64,000 nt of DNA from an uncultured Acidimicrobiales bacterium. Lineage in GTDB: Bacteria; Actinomycetota; Acidimicrobiia; Acidimicrobiales; SHLQ01. A program made the translations under genes and the position numbers. The DNA is taken from assembly GCA_964390555.1 (NCBI GenBank), contig CAYMJU010000125.1, positions 53,940-117,939 of the forward strand, in the 5' to 3' direction. Of this stretch, positions 32,516-39,832 are shown piece after piece. The notes under the pieces are model-generated. The model made no database searches. It saw only the letters and a list, made by a program, of their open reading frames with translations, and had not been told where the DNA came from. Position 1 is the first letter of the stretch. Every line of letters starts with the position of its first letter.

Positions 32516-33469
32516 CTATCTCGGCGCCGGGACGGTGAGCAGCAGGCCGTCGAGCACGCCGTCGGCGGTCACGCCATCGAGCTCGGCCTCGGGGGTGAGC
32601 GAGATTCGGTGGCGCAGTGCCGGTTTGGCGACCGCCTTCACCTCGTCGGGACCGACATAGGACCGGCCGGCGAGCCAGGCCCACGCCTTGGCGGCGCGGA
32701 GCAGCGCGGCCGTTCCACGAGGCGAGACTCCGAGAAACACCGACGGCTGGGTTCGGGTCGCCCGGCACAGCTCGACGATGTACGCCACAACGGCGTCATC
32801 GACGGTGACGGCTTGGACGGCTTGACGGGCCCGGATCACGTCAGCCGCCGATGCCACCGGCCGCACGCCGGCACCCACCACGTCGTGGGGGTCGAGTCCC
32901 TGATCGTGGCGCCGCGCCACCATCCGCTCCTCGTCGGCCGAGGGGTAACCCACGACGATCTTGAACAGGAAGCGGTCGATCTGGGCCTCGGGCAGCGGGT
33001 AGGTCCCCTCGTACTCGATCGGGTTCTGCGTGGCGATCACGAAGTACGGCTCGGCCAGCGAGCGGGTCTCGCCCCCGACCGACACCTGTCGCTCCTCCAT
33101 GGCCTCGAGAAGCGCGGCCTGGGTCTTGGGTGGGGTGCGGTTGATCTCGTCGGCCAGCAGCACGCTCGTGAACACCGGACCAGGACGGAAGCGGAATTGG
33201 CCCGTGGCCTGCTCGAAGATCATCTGGCCCACGACGTCCGATGGCATCAGGTCGGGCGTGAACTGGACCCGAGCGAACGGTAGGTCGAGAGCGACGGCGA
33301 GGGTCTTGGCGAGCAGCGTCTTGGCCACCCCCGGCACGCCTTCGAGGAGAACGTGCCCGCGGGCGAGCAGGGCCGCGACCAACGCCGAGATCGCACCGTC
33401 CTGGCCGACCACCACCTTGGCGATCTCACCGCGGATGGCGAGGACTGGTGCTCGGCTGTCGTCGTTCAT
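32516..33469 (-). CDS. MoxR-family AAA+ ATPase
   Basis: 317 aa with Walker A LLEGVPGVAKT and Walker B VLLADEINR, plus IATQNPIEYEGTYPLPEAQIDRF. Confidence 0.92.
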   Translation of the reverse strand: MNDDSRAPVLAIRGEIAKVVVGQDGAISALVAALLARGHVLLEGVPGVAKTLLAKTLAVALDLPFARVQFTPDLMPSDVVGQMIFEQATGQFRFRPGPVFTSVLLADEINRTPPKTQAALLEAMEERQVSVGGETRSLAEPYFVIATQNPIEYEGTYPLPEAQIDRFLFKIVVGYPSADEERMVARRHDQGLDPHDVVGAGVRPVASAADVIRARQAVQAVTVDDAVVAYIVELCRATRTQPSVFLGVSPRGTAALLRAAKAWAWLAGRSYVGPDEVKAVAKPALRHRISLTPEAELDGVTADGVLDGLLLTVPAPR

Positions 33470-34623
33470 GGTGGACTCCTGTGGGTGCGGACGGTCTCGC
33501 GGTCGGTTCTGTGGGTGCCTCGACGGCCGAGCGCGCGGCGGACGTCGGCGACCGCGCGCCCATAGGTGACGAGGTCGCGTTCGGTTCGCACGACGCTCGG
33601 ATCGAGCGCGGCGATGACCACGGCCGGATCGAGAGCGGCCCGCGCCGCTACGGCGCCTGCGTCAGCGGCGCCGGCCCCCAGCCCCAGTGGCCCGAGAGTC
33701 GCCACGGCGAGGTCGGCATGGAGGCGCTGAGCGGCCTCGGTAGCGCGCCGGCTGCGCTGCCACAACGCCCCGGTTGCGACGATCAAGTCGGAGCCCTCCA
33801 GCAACACCGGTTGCGGTTCGGGCACCGGCCGGCCGAGGCGACGGCTCCGCCACCACATCGCGACTGCGACCGCGACCACGAGTTGCACGACCGCCCACTT
33901 CAAGCCGTCGTCGACGAGCGAGCCGAGGGTCCGGTCGCCGCCAACCAGGGCGGCTCGGCTCGCGAAGCCGACGCGGGTTCGGTCGGTCGGAGCAAACAGC
34001 GCGGCCGCCAGCTCCGAGTTGTCACCCTGGTCGAGGTGCTGGTTCACCAAGACGTAGGGCGACACGCCGACGATCGCTCCGTCGAGGCGCCCGTCGACCA
34101 CCACGGCCGGCCCGATGTCGGCCACGCCCTCATACGTGTCGAAACACCCCACGAACCCGTTCCCGGGATCATCGACGTCGAAGGAAACGAACGAATCCGC
34201 GACCAGCTCGTCGATGCCCGACAAGGCATCGATGGGGCAGAGCTCGTCGGTCGCGCTGATGCCCGACCGATCGATCGAACCGGTGACGACAGGGAGCAAG
34301 GCCGATGCGGGGTCGAGCACGACGACCACTCCCCCGTCGTTCACCCACGACCGCAGCCGCGTGTCGATCGACAAGTCGTCGGGGCCGTCCGCGACGACCA
34401 GCACGTCGACGGCGCCTCCGAGGCTGTCGTCGAGCGGAACCGACTCGTCGACATCGGAACCGAGCCCCTCGGCGAGCCGCACCAGTCCCTGGTATCCGAG
34501 CGGCCCGACGCTGCCGGGATCGAAAGCGGCCCGGTTCGTGCCGCCGCGCCCGATACCGACGATCACGGCGACCACGATCGCGATCAGCACCGTCGCCGCC
34601 AGCGCGCCACGACCACGGCTCAC
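33466..34623 (-). CDS. Membrane-anchored protein of the MoxR/DUF58 neighbourhood (DUF4350-like by position)
   Basis: 385 aa with a GTGA overlap upstream and an ATGA overlap downstream. It has an N-terminal TM segment (AATVLIAIVVAVIVGI) and a late TM segment. The family call is from context only. Confidence 0.5.
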   Translation of the reverse strand: MSRGRGALAATVLIAIVVAVIVGIGRGGTNRAAFDPGSVGPLGYQGLVRLAEGLGSDVDESVPLDDSLGGAVDVLVVADGPDDLSIDTRLRSWVNDGGVVVVLDPASALLPVVTGSIDRSGISATDELCPIDALSGIDELVADSFVSFDVDDPGNGFVGCFDTYEGVADIGPAVVVDGRLDGAIVGVSPYVLVNQHLDQGDNSELAAALFAPTDRTRVGFASRAALVGGDRTLGSLVDDGLKWAVVQLVVAVAVAMWWRSRRLGRPVPEPQPVLLEGSDLIVATGALWQRSRRATEAAQRLHADLAVATLGPLGLGAGAADAGAVAARAALDPAVVIAALDPSVVRTERDLVTYGRAVADVRRALGRRGTHRTDRETVRTHRSPP

Positions 34624-35351
34624 GTTGCCACCCCCTCACGCTCTCGCACCCGCGCCGCGGCGGCGCGCACCGCGGCAGCGTCGTCGGCAGTCGCCGGCCG
34701 CCCCGCGTACCAGACCTCCTCGAGAACCCGGCCAGCACCGTCGACGCAGTCGACCAAGCCAACACCGTCGACGCAGTCGACCAAGCCAACACCGTCATTG
34801 GTGGGTGCTTCGGTGCGCGCCGCGACGGCGGCGGTCACCTCGCGCGGCGTCCAGCCCGGCACGTCGTCGATGACTGCGCCGGCCAACAGTTCCGCGACGA
34901 GCACGCGGTACCACGCCCGAACCGCCGCCCGCCACCGCCCTTCGCTCTCGAAGAGCTCGGCGCGGCGCCGGAGAGCATCGACGTCGGCGGGACGGTCGAC
35001 CGAGATGTCGAGATCGCGGTCGCGGCGACGCCCCCTCGGCGCCCAGTTCTCGATCGCCCGCACGACCAGCCATACCACCACCACGGCGATCCCCGACAGG
35101 ATCAGCCAACCGAGGATCGACGAGCCACCGCTTCCACCACCGCCGCCGCCCACATCGATGTCCGGGAACAGGCCGCCGATCCAGTCGAAGATCCGTTCGA
35201 GCAGCGACGGCGACGGCTCGTCGAAGTCCGAGTCGGCGAGCACCCGACCGGCCAGCTCCTTGATGGATTCCGGATCGCGAGGCGGCTCGGGCGCGGGCAG
35301 ATCGGCCGCGGCTCCACGAGGTGCCGATGTCGTCGATCCCACCGATGTCAT
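34620..35351 (-). CDS. Membrane protein, DUF4129-like C-terminus
   Basis: ORF 34620-35801 trimmed to ATG 35351 (ATGA overlap with the upstream gene). It has a Gly-rich segment, the TM segment ILGWLILSGIAVVVVWLVV, and a C-terminal region RAWYRVLVAELL...PGWTPREV. It contains a 27-bp tandem repeat. Confidence 0.55.
   Translation of the reverse strand: MTSVGSTTSAPRGAAADLPAPEPPRDPESIKELAGRVLADSDFDEPSPSLLERIFDWIGGLFPDIDVGGGGGGSGGSSILGWLILSGIAVVVVWLVVRAIENWAPRGRRRDRDLDISVDRPADVDALRRRAELFESEGRWRAAVRAWYRVLVAELLAGAVIDDVPGWTPREVTAAVAARTEAPTNDGVGLVDCVDGVGLVDCVDGAGRVLEEVWYAGRPATADDAAAVRAAAARVREREGVAT
34736..34796. repeat. 27-bp tandem repeat, 2.3 copies, in frame in the DUF4129-like gene
   Basis: CACCGTCGACGCAGTCGACCAAGCCAA occurs at 34736-34762 and 34763-34789, followed by a 7-nt partial copy. 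It encodes GVGLVDCVD twice. Confidence 0.85.
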
Positions 35352-36208
35352 CGGGGTGCCGGGCCCATCTGCTCTATGACTCGAAGCTCGATGTCGAGAC
35401 CCTCGTGACGGCACCGGAGGTCGAGGTATTGCACGACCGCGCAGCTGGCGACGACAGCCGTCGTCAGAACGCTTACCGCCACCGACACCACCGCGGTCGT
35501 GACCCAACCGGGATCGACACCGGTCGCCACCCCGAACGCCTCGGGCAAGACGGTGAGGCTTCCCTCGATCACGATCGTCACGAGACCGACGAGGATGCAC
35601 GCCCAGAACACTTCGGCACTTCGGCCGCGCACGAGCCTCCACGAGCGCTTCATTGCCGCGATCGGCCCGATCCGCTCGATCGCCAGGGCCGGCGCGGTCA
35701 CCGAGTACCGGGTCATGGCGTACAGCGAGCCGATTCCGCACGTCACCAAGCCCGCGGCTTCGACGAGGTGGACGAGGAGCCAGGCCAGCGCCACCGCCCA
35801 CGAGAGACGGCCAAGCTCGACCATCGTCGCGCCGAACCGCGGTCGACGGTCCTCGTGCCAGCCCACGACCAGACGACCGAGGGCGGCGGCGGTCAGCGGC
35901 AGGACGAGGCTGCCGGCGGTGAGCGACCAGACCACCGAGGCCGTGGTGCGCTGGTCACCACCACCGGCTCCCGATGCACCCCAGATCGACTCGATCACCC
36001 CGTCGAAGCCTGCGGCGAGCAGATCACGGTTGAGCCAGGCCGCCACCAGCTCGACGGGCACGACGATCGCCGCGGTGACCGCGAGCACGATCGGGTCGGA
36101 CTTCACCAGATCGAACCCCGCGTCGATCACCTCGACCGGGCTGCGAGGTCGCACCGTCACCCTCGGCCGACGTGGGGAGCTGCTCGCCGCCATCATGCTG
36201 GCGCCCAT
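35348..36208 (-). CDS. Hypothetical multi-pass membrane protein (first gene of the MoxR operon)
   Basis: 286-aa ORF with about 6 hydrophobic segments. It is translationally coupled to the next gene. Confidence 0.55.
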   Translation of the reverse strand: MGASMMAASSSPRRPRVTVRPRSPVEVIDAGFDLVKSDPIVLAVTAAIVVPVELVAAWLNRDLLAAGFDGVIESIWGASGAGGGDQRTTASVVWSLTAGSLVLPLTAAALGRLVVGWHEDRRPRFGATMVELGRLSWAVALAWLLVHLVEAAGLVTCGIGSLYAMTRYSVTAPALAIERIGPIAAMKRSWRLVRGRSAEVFWACILVGLVTIVIEGSLTVLPEAFGVATGVDPGWVTTAVVSVAVSVLTTAVVASCAVVQYLDLRCRHEGLDIELRVIEQMGPAPR

Positions 36209-36281
36209 TCTGGATCATCAGCGACCGCCGGTTGTGATCACGGGGCCCGCGCGACCCGGAATCGCTCGGTGCCGGCGGCGT

Positions 36282-37262
36282 TCATGTGCGCGTCTCCAAG
36301 CACGGGTGGGCGGTCAGATGGTCGAGTAGCTCGCTCAGGCTGGCCTCCGCGACGCACACGACCGAGTCCGCGGCGCCGTAGTACATGCGCAAGGTGTCTC
36401 CGTCGTCGTCGACCACCCAGCCGCACGGAAACACCACGTCGGGGACGTCGCCGGACCGCTCATAGGTGGCGTGGGGCCCGAACACCCATTCGTTGCCCCG
36501 AGCCAGGACGGTCGTCGGGTGATCCCGGTCCAGGAGCGCCAGGCCGACCCGGTAGAGGGACCCCGAAGCAGTGGTGCGCACGCCGTGATACGCGATGAGC
36601 CACCCTCGATCGGTCGGCAATGGAGGCGGCCCCAGGCCGACCTTGTTGGCGTCCCACCAGCCCCCGCGACGGGCGGCGAGGAGGACCTGACTGTCGCCCC
36701 AATGACGCAGGTCGGGGCTGAACGAGATCCACATGTGCGCGCCGAGGCCCACCATCGCCGGCGCGGGCCGGTGGATGAGCGCGTAGCGACCGTCGAAGGT
36801 GACCGGGAACAGCGCGGCATCCTTGTCCTCGGGAGGCTGGAGAACACCATGCCGCTCGAAGGTGACGAAGTCACGCGTGGTCGCGCGGCAGACGAGAGGC
36901 CCGCCCTGCGAGAACCCGGTGTACACGACGTGGTAGAGCTCGCCGATCCGGGTGATGCGAGGATCCTCGATTCCCCAGTGTTCCTCGTATCGATCGAGAT
37001 CGGGGATAAGCCCGGCGTCGAGATCGATCTTCCAGCCGGTCAACCCGTCGGGGCTCGTTGCGACGGCAAACCGGGACAGGCCTGTGCGGTCCTCGATGCG
37101 GACCAGCAGCAACGTCGTGTCGCCGATCTGCACCGCTCCCGGATTGAACACCGCGTTGGTCATGATCGGGATGTCGTGCGCCGTGAGGATCGGGTTCCCG
37201 CTGTAGCGGCGGAACATCTCGCGCGGGTCACATCGAAGCATCGAATCCTCCGACTCGAGCAT
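36282..37262 (-). CDS. GH130-family glycoside phosphorylase/hydrolase-like protein
   Basis: 326 aa. NPILT...FNPGAV, WGIEDPRITRIG, YHGV and LRMYYGAAD match the GH130 beta-propeller pattern. Confidence 0.8.
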   Translation of the reverse strand: MLESEDSMLRCDPREMFRRYSGNPILTAHDIPIMTNAVFNPGAVQIGDTTLLLVRIEDRTGLSRFAVATSPDGLTGWKIDLDAGLIPDLDRYEEHWGIEDPRITRIGELYHVVYTGFSQGGPLVCRATTRDFVTFERHGVLQPPEDKDAALFPVTFDGRYALIHRPAPAMVGLGAHMWISFSPDLRHWGDSQVLLAARRGGWWDANKVGLGPPPLPTDRGWLIAYHGVRTTASGSLYRVGLALLDRDHPTTVLARGNEWVFGPHATYERSGDVPDVVFPCGWVVDDDGDTLRMYYGAADSVVCVAEASLSELLDHLTAHPCLETRT

Positions 37263-37268
37263 CGACGC

Positions 37269-38426
37269 TCATGAGGCCAACCGGTCCACGCCCACTGGCC
37301 GACGGTCGGCCGCCCGCTCGAGAAGACCCGAGTAGCGGTGGCCGACGTTCGACCAGTCGAGTTCGCCGGCCTGTCGACGGGCCGCCCGCTGCATGGCGAC
37401 CGATGCCGCCGGATCGGTGAGCACCCGTCCGAGGGCGAGGGCCATGGCCTCGGGATCGCGATGGTCCACGACGAGACCGCTTCCTGCTGAGAGCATCTCG
37501 ATGGCGTGAGGGAACGCGGTGGCGACGACCGGCTTGCCACTGGCGAGCGCTTCCACGAGGACACCGGACGTCACCTGATCGACAGACTCGTACGGCAGGA
37601 GTACCACATCGACAGATCGGACCAAAGCGCGAAGCGATTCCCAGTCGCGGTACGAGTCGTCGAGCGTGAGAGCATCGGCGACACCGTGCGATCGTGCGAG
37701 GTCGGACAGGCTGCTCCGATACTGCTCTCCATGAGCGGCGCGAACCCGGGGGTGCGTCTGCCCCGCAACGATGTAACGAGCATCGACGCCAAACCGCCGG
37801 AGCGACGCGAGGGCGCCGATCGCCGTCTCGATTCCCTTCCCAGGGCCGATCAACCCCCACGTCAGAATCGTCGGCCGAACGCCCGCAGGCGAGATGTCGG
37901 CGCCGACGTTGAGCGTCGCGCCGTGTGGCACCAACTCGACCTTCCCCGGATCAACGGCATGGGAGCGAAGCAGTCGCGACCGCGCGGTGCCACTCTGCGT
38001 CACGACGACCGCCGAGCGGTCGCAGAGGGTCTCGACGATCGTCTGCTGCCGCGCCGATGGCGACCGGAGGACAGTGTGTAGAACGGTGATCAGCGGAACG
38101 GTCGACCGCTCAGCGAGCTCGACGACATCGATCCCATCGGGCCCACCGAAGATGCCGAACTCGTGCTGCACGATGGCCACGTCGAATCGGTCCAGTCGGC
38201 GGGCGACACGATCGCCCGCATGCCGGTCGTCGATTGCCCAGACCATGTCGATCTCGGCTCGGTCCGAGATCGACGGATCGTCAGGGGCGACGATCCGAAC
38301 GACGCTGTGCCGCCAGCCGGGCCGATCGCCCATGAGCGCCGTACGAAGGTTCTCGCTGAACGTCGCCAATCCACACCGAGTCGGCGGATACGTACCGACC
38401 ATGACCGTCGAGAGGGTCATCGACAT
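37269..38426 (-). CDS. GT4-family (GT-B) glycosyltransferase
   Basis: ORF trimmed to ATG 38426 (AGGAG 6 nt upstream). MSMTLSTVMVGTYPPTRCGLATF is a typical GT4 N-terminus, and the C-terminal E-x7-E region is VLLPYESVDQVTSGVLVEALASGKPVV. Confidence 0.8.
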   Translation of the reverse strand: MSMTLSTVMVGTYPPTRCGLATFSENLRTALMGDRPGWRHSVVRIVAPDDPSISDRAEIDMVWAIDDRHAGDRVARRLDRFDVAIVQHEFGIFGGPDGIDVVELAERSTVPLITVLHTVLRSPSARQQTIVETLCDRSAVVVTQSGTARSRLLRSHAVDPGKVELVPHGATLNVGADISPAGVRPTILTWGLIGPGKGIETAIGALASLRRFGVDARYIVAGQTHPRVRAAHGEQYRSSLSDLARSHGVADALTLDDSYRDWESLRALVRSVDVVLLPYESVDQVTSGVLVEALASGKPVVATAFPHAIEMLSAGSGLVVDHRDPEAMALALGRVLTDPAASVAMQRAARRQAGELDWSNVGHRYSGLLERAADRRPVGVDRLAS

Positions 38427-38505
38427 AACTGCTCCTGTGTTGTCCGGACCGCGGTTCGCCCGCATCGCCCACCCCGAGCCTCACGTGACGCCCATCCGGC
38501 CACCA

Positions 38506-38519
38506 GGGACCTTCGGCCT
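38506..38519. promoter_or_regulatory. Candidate DevR/DosR-like operator
   Basis: GGGACC-TT-CGGCCT lies 80-93 nt upstream of the GT4 ATG. The 15-mer CAGGGACCTTCGGCC (38503-38517) is identical to 51577-51591. Confidence 0.4.
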
Positions 38520-38553
38520 CTTGACCGTTGCGACACCGCGCCGCTTCACCGGT

Positions 38554-38964
38554 TCACGAAGCAGGGGAGTGAGCCGTTCTGATCGCGTGGAGCAGCGGGG
38601 CCAGGCGTACCTGTTTGGGCAGGCAGGCGAACGCCCCGGCAGCCAGGCATCGCTCGGCGACCGCGTCATCGAGCAAGCCCGAGTGCACGATGTACGCCGT
38701 CAGTGGCAGTTCGGCTCGAAGCGCGTGGATCAGGTCCGCTCCCGTTCCGTCGGGCAGCCGGTAGTCGATGAGCATCACCGCTGGTGACAATGGGGGCGCC
38801 GCGATCTGGGCTGCGGCGATCGAGCCGGCCCAGCCGACGACATCGACATCGAGCTCGGCGCTCAGAACATCGACGAGCCCCTCGCGGGCCCGCAAGTCGT
38901 CCTCGACGATGAACAGCGAACGTACCGGTCGCGGTTCGAGGTCCGGCCGACCCGCAGCGTCCAT
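38554..38964 (-). CDS. Stand-alone response-regulator receiver (REC) domain protein
   Basis: 136 aa with the acidic pocket FIVEDD, the phospho-acceptor context VMLIDYRLPDGTG, and a conserved K in ACLPK. No output domain is present. The gene begins 5 nt after the devR-like stop. Confidence 0.75.
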   Translation of the reverse strand: MDAAGRPDLEPRPVRSLFIVEDDLRAREGLVDVLSAELDVDVVGWAGSIAAAQIAAPPLSPAVMLIDYRLPDGTGADLIHALRAELPLTAYIVHSGLLDDAVAERCLAAGAFACLPKQVRLAPLLHAIRTAHSPAS

Positions 38965-38969
38965 GGCCT

Positions 38970-39680
38970 TCAGAGTGCTCGGCGGCGACGCTCGGCCATC
39001 CGCGCCGCCGCCGCGGCGACCTCGGTCCGGCGGTCCATGCTCAGCTTGTCGAGCATGTTCGACACGTAGTTCTTGATCGTCTTCTCGGCTAGGTACATGG
39101 TCTCCGCGATCTGGCGATTCGACCGACCTTCTCCGATCAACTCGAAGATCCGCCGTTCCTGATCGGTCAGTCGAGCCAGCAACTGATCGTCCTCGTCGCC
39201 ACGGCTGGCGCGGGCTCGCGCTTGTTTGACCGTCGCGGCGTCGAGCGTCGGCCGGCCGGCCGCTATCGAGCGGAGCGACGACACGATCTCGTTGCTGCGC
39301 AACTCCTTCAACGCGTAGCCCTGGGCACCGGCTTCGGCCGCCGCGACCACCGCCTCGTCGTCGGCGAACGACGTGAGGATCAACACGGCGAGGTCGGGAT
39401 GACGCTCTCGCAACCGGCGGCAGGCATCGACACCGTTACCGTCGGGCAGTCGAACGTCGAGCACGGCGATGTCGACCTGACCGGGCCCGATCCGGGCCAG
39501 GGTCTGTTCAACCGTGCCCGCCTCGCCGACCACCCGGAACTCGCCAGTCGACTCGAGGAGCTCGCGCAGACCCTGGCGCACGATCTCGTGGTCGTCGAGC
39601 AGGAACACGCGCACCGGGTCTCGATCCTCGGCGTCGCCGGTGTCCTCCATTGCGGCCATTTCAGCGCTCGTCATGCCCAT
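38970..39680 (-). CDS. devR: NarL/LuxR-family response regulator, DevR/DosR orthologue
   Basis: ORF 38970-39731 trimmed to ATG 39680. VRVFLLDDHEIVRQGL, DIAVLDVRLPDGNG and LTDQERRIFELIGEGRSNRQIAETMYLAEKTIKNYVSNMLDKLSMDRRTE closely track M. tuberculosis DevR as I recall it. Confidence 0.85.
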   Translation of the reverse strand: MGMTSAEMAAMEDTGDAEDRDPVRVFLLDDHEIVRQGLRELLESTGEFRVVGEAGTVEQTLARIGPGQVDIAVLDVRLPDGNGVDACRRLRERHPDLAVLILTSFADDEAVVAAAEAGAQGYALKELRSNEIVSSLRSIAAGRPTLDAATVKQARARASRGDEDDQLLARLTDQERRIFELIGEGRSNRQIAETMYLAEKTIKNYVSNMLDKLSMDRRTEVAAAAARMAERRRRAL

Positions 39681-39715
39681 GGCGCAACTGTCGAGCACCA
39701 CATGTCGCTCACGTA

Positions 39716-39729
39716 GGGCCCAAAGTCCC
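39716..39729. promoter_or_regulatory. Candidate DevR/DosR-like operator in the devR / ATPase divergent region
   Basis: GGGCCC-AA-AGTCCC lies about 43 nt upstream of the devR-like ATG (39680) and about 110 nt upstream of the ATPase ATG (39833). Confidence 0.45.
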
Positions 39730-39832
39730 ACGGATCATCCCGGAGTTTGTTGCCCGGGTGACCATCGGCCCTGGCCCGGACTGGTCGCCCGACCCACGAT
39801 GAGCACCACCACGATGCAGAGGGGATGCGCGG

